Assembly (NCBI GenBank): GCA_050118535.1
Contig: JASFKR010000005.1
Span: forward strand, 5,199-69,198
Reading direction: 5' to 3'
DNA from: Myxococcales bacterium
Lineage (GTDB): Bacteria > Myxococcota_A > Polyangia > Polyangiales > JAFGIB01
DNA length: 64,000 bases
The position numbers and the translations under genes were made by a program. Below the pieces are notes generated by a model. The model was not told where the DNA came from. It saw nothing but the letters and a program-made list of their open reading frames with translations, and did no database searches. Shown one piece after another: positions 61,920-64,000 of the stretch (its first letter is position 1; every line of letters begins with the position of its first letter).

Positions 61920-62804
61920 ATGATCCCGCGCGACGTCGTCAAAAAGCTGCGCAAGATCGAGATTCACACGGCTCGACTCGCCAACGACCAGCTCGCTGGC
62001 AGCTACCACTCCGTCTTCAAGGGGCGGGGCATGGCCTTCAGCGAGGTGCGTCAATACCAGCCCGGTGACGACGTGCGCTTCATCGACTGGAACGTCAGCG
62101 CGCGCATGAACGACACCTACGTGAAGGTCTTCACGGAGGAGCGCGAGATGACGGTCATGCTCCTGGTCGACCTGTCGGCCAGCGAGCGCTTCGGGTCGGT
62201 GGCCCAGTCCAAGACCGAGACCGTCGCCGAGGTGGCGGCGCTGCTGGCCTTCAGCGCGATCAAGAACAACGACCGCGTCGGGCTGATCCTCTTCACCGAC
62301 CGCGTCGAGCGCTTCGTGCCGCCCAAGAAGGGCAAGGGGCACGTGATGCGCGTGATCGCCGAGATCTTGAACGCCCGCCCCGAGGGTCGCGGCACCGACA
62401 TCCGCTGCGCGCTCGACATGCTGGGACACGTGGCCAAGCGCAAAGCCGTCGTCTTCCTGCTCAGCGACTTCATCGCCGACGGCTACGAGCGCCCCCTGCG
62501 AATCGCCTCGGCGCGCCACGACCTGATCCCGATCCAGGTCAGCGACCCGCGCGAGGAGGAGCTGCCCGACCTGGGCAGCGTGCTGGTGGAGGACCTGGAG
62601 AGCGGCGAGATCTTCGAGGTGGACACCTCCAGCCGCGCCGCGCGGGAGGCCTACGCCAATCGCATCGCCAAGGAGCGCGTCAGCCGCGAGCAGCTCTTCT
62701 CCCGGCTCAAGCTCGACCGGGTCTCGGTGCGCACCGACCGCTCCTACGTCAAGCCCATCTCCGACCTCTTTCGGCTGCGGCAGAAACGGGAGCGGCACGG
62801 ATGA
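61920..62804 (+). CDS. DUF58 (vWA-like) protein, MoxR partner
   Basis: 294 aa. YQPGDDVRFIDWNVSARMNDTYVKVFTEERE, MLLVDLSASERFG. Confidence 0.85.
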   Translation: MIPRDVVKKLRKIEIHTARLANDQLAGSYHSVFKGRGMAFSEVRQYQPGDDVRFIDWNVSARMNDTYVKVFTEEREMTVMLLVDLSASERFGSVAQSKTETVAEVAALLAFSAIKNNDRVGLILFTDRVERFVPPKKGKGHVMRVIAEILNARPEGRGTDIRCALDMLGHVAKRKAVVFLLSDFIADGYERPLRIASARHDLIPIQVSDPREEELPDLGSVLVEDLESGEIFEVDTSSRAAREAYANRIAKERVSREQLFSRLKLDRVSVRTDRSYVKPISDLFRLRQKRERHG

Positions 62805-64000
62805 GCCGGTGCGTGCAGACAGCCATCCTGACGCTCTGGCTGCTCCCGTGGGGGGCGGGCGCCGCCCTGGCGCAGCCGCCCCCCCCCGACGCCGGCGCGC
62901 AGCCGCCCGCGGCGACCGACGCCGAGCCCGTGCGCGAGCTGCCCCCCGGACACCGGCCCGAGCTCGAATTCCGCCTGCAGCCCGAGTCGGGCGCGCACGT
63001 GGGCGACCTGCTCACGCTCACCATCACGGCCGACGTGCCCGAGGGCGACGACATCACCCTGCCCGACCAGTCGCTTGCGCCCTTCGAGTTGATCGACCAA
63101 CGCCTGCGCGTGAAGCCGCCCGAGGCCGGCAAGCAGCGCTACGTCTTCGAGCTCGACCTGCTGGCCCTGGAGGCGGGCCCGGTGGAGATCCCGGAGCTCA
63201 CCCTGCGGGTGGTGACCTCCGATGACCAGGTCGGCGAGACGACGCTGCCGCCGATCGCCTTTTCGGTCACCTCGCTCCTGCAAAACGAGCCCAACGCCGA
63301 GCCCAAGCCGCCGACCCAGCCCGTGGTGGTGATGCAGGACGACTACACGCTGCTCTACGTGCTCGGCGGGCTGCTGGGCGCGGCGCTCGTCGCCCTGATC
63401 ACCTGGCTGGTCATGCGCTGGTGGCAGCGCCGGGAAAAGCCCCTGCCGCCCCCACCGCCGCCGCGGCCCCCGTGGGAGGTGGCCGTCGAGAAGCTCGCCG
63501 ACCTGCGCAAGCGCAAGGGCGAGATGGTGGACGCCGGCCAGGGCGCGCTCTTCGTGGACGAGGTCAGCGACGTGGTGCGCGAATACCTGGGAGGTCGCTT
63601 CGGCTTCGAGGGCCTGGAGACCACCACCGACGAGATGCTGGCGCTGCTGCAGGGCAGCGGCGCCGGGGCGGGGCTGCGCGGCGAGGTGGCCGCCTATCTG
63701 CGGCGCTGCGACCTGGTGAAGTTCGCGCGGGTGGAGCCGGATCGGGACGAGGTGGATCTGGTCTTCGCCAAGGCGCAGGACATCGTGCAGTTCAGCGCGC
63801 CGAGCGTGGCCGGGAGGGCGGCGCAGGGCGGGGAAGGGCGCGCGCACGAGCACGCGCACGGACACGAGGACGAGGGCGCGCGCGAGGGCGCGCACGGGCG
63901 CGCACACGAGGACGCGCACGAGCACGAGCACGCGCACGAGCACGCGCACGAGCACGAGCACGCACACGAGCACGAGCACGAGCACGAGAGCGAGAGCGAG
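62801..64000 (+). CDS. BatD-like ectodomain + TM + DUF4381-like domain protein with (HE)n tail, 3'-truncated by window edge
   Basis: Not in the ORF track because it is open-ended. My own translation starts at ATG 62801 (ATGA overlap with DUF58): MSRCVQTAILTLWLLPWGAGAALAQ (signal), LTLTITADVPEGDDITLP...LLALEAGPVEIPELTLRVV (BatD-like), TM LLYVLGGLLGAALVALITWLVM. PPWEVAVEKLADLRKRK...REYLGGRFGFEGLETTTDEMLALL...LRRCDLVKFARVEP is DUF4381-like. It ends AHEHAHGHEDE...HEHEHAHEHAHEHEHAHEHEHEHESESE. No stop in 400 codons. Confidence 0.75.
   Translation, partial: MSRCVQTAILTLWLLPWGAGAALAQPPPPDAGAQPPAATDAEPVRELPPGHRPELEFRLQPESGAHVGDLLTLTITADVPEGDDITLPDQSLAPFELIDQRLRVKPPEAGKQRYVFELDLLALEAGPVEIPELTLRVVTSDDQVGETTLPPIAFSVTSLLQNEPNAEPKPPTQPVVVMQDDYTLLYVLGGLLGAALVALITWLVMRWWQRREKPLPPPPPPRPPWEVAVEKLADLRKRKGEMVDAGQGALFVDEVSDVVREYLGGRFGFEGLETTTDEMLALLQGSGAGAGLRGEVAAYLRRCDLVKFARVEPDRDEVDLVFAKAQDIVQFSAPSVAGRAAQGGEGRAHEHAHGHEDEGAREGAHGRAHEDAHEHEHAHEHAHEHEHAHEHEHEHESESE

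Overview
High-GC (about 70% by eye) bacterial chromosome segment with myxobacterial hallmarks: an MglA-family GTPase, a MYXO-CTERM-like motif, MopE-type Cys/Asp repeats, a Ser/Thr-kinase fusion regulator, and (GD)n/(HE)n dipeptide tracts. All domain calls are by-eye motif recognition; no searches were run. Most of the window is core housekeeping. A complete, tightly translationally coupled dcw cluster lies on the minus strand (mraZ-rsmH-ftsL-ftsI-murE-murF-mraY-murD-ftsW-murG-murC-ftsQ-ftsA-ftsZ, 13.1-30.1 kb). Other core genes are pyk, an aminotransferase, thiL, larB-larC, pyrR-pyrB, hemL, the membrane half of the F-type ATP synthase (atpZ-atpI-atpB-atpE) and the start of a MoxR-DUF58-Bat-like operon. 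Many long ORFs in the supplied track are high-GC antisense or off-frame artefacts, and I re-derived several starts. The non-routine content is architectural. (1) A 9.45-kb ORF (36520-45969, minus) encodes a secreted vWA + about 28 MopE-type repeats + FGE-like + C-type-lectin protein. In its middle it carries a C-terminal-type MYXO-CTERM-like sorting signal followed directly by a lipoprotein-type signal peptide, so it is either a stop-loss fusion of two tandem paralogues or a hairpin-anchored protein with two ectodomains. (2) Immediately upstream is a roughly 1,610-aa Ser/Thr kinase - degenerate P-loop/TPR - GAF - sigma54-AAA+ - HTH protein. (3) An MglA-family GTPase is translationally coupled to a PocR-domain histidine kinase, with no MglB partner in the window. 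(4) A lone CcmE homologue carries CxxxY instead of HxxxY. (5) A recurrent family of hexanucleotide-periodic tracts (GGCAGG/GGCAAG palindromes, a 260-bp GAC-phased tract) occupies intergenic spacers, mirroring the dipeptide-repeat linkers inside genes. I found no rRNA, tRNA, CRISPR, IS, prophage or recognisable defence or toxin system.
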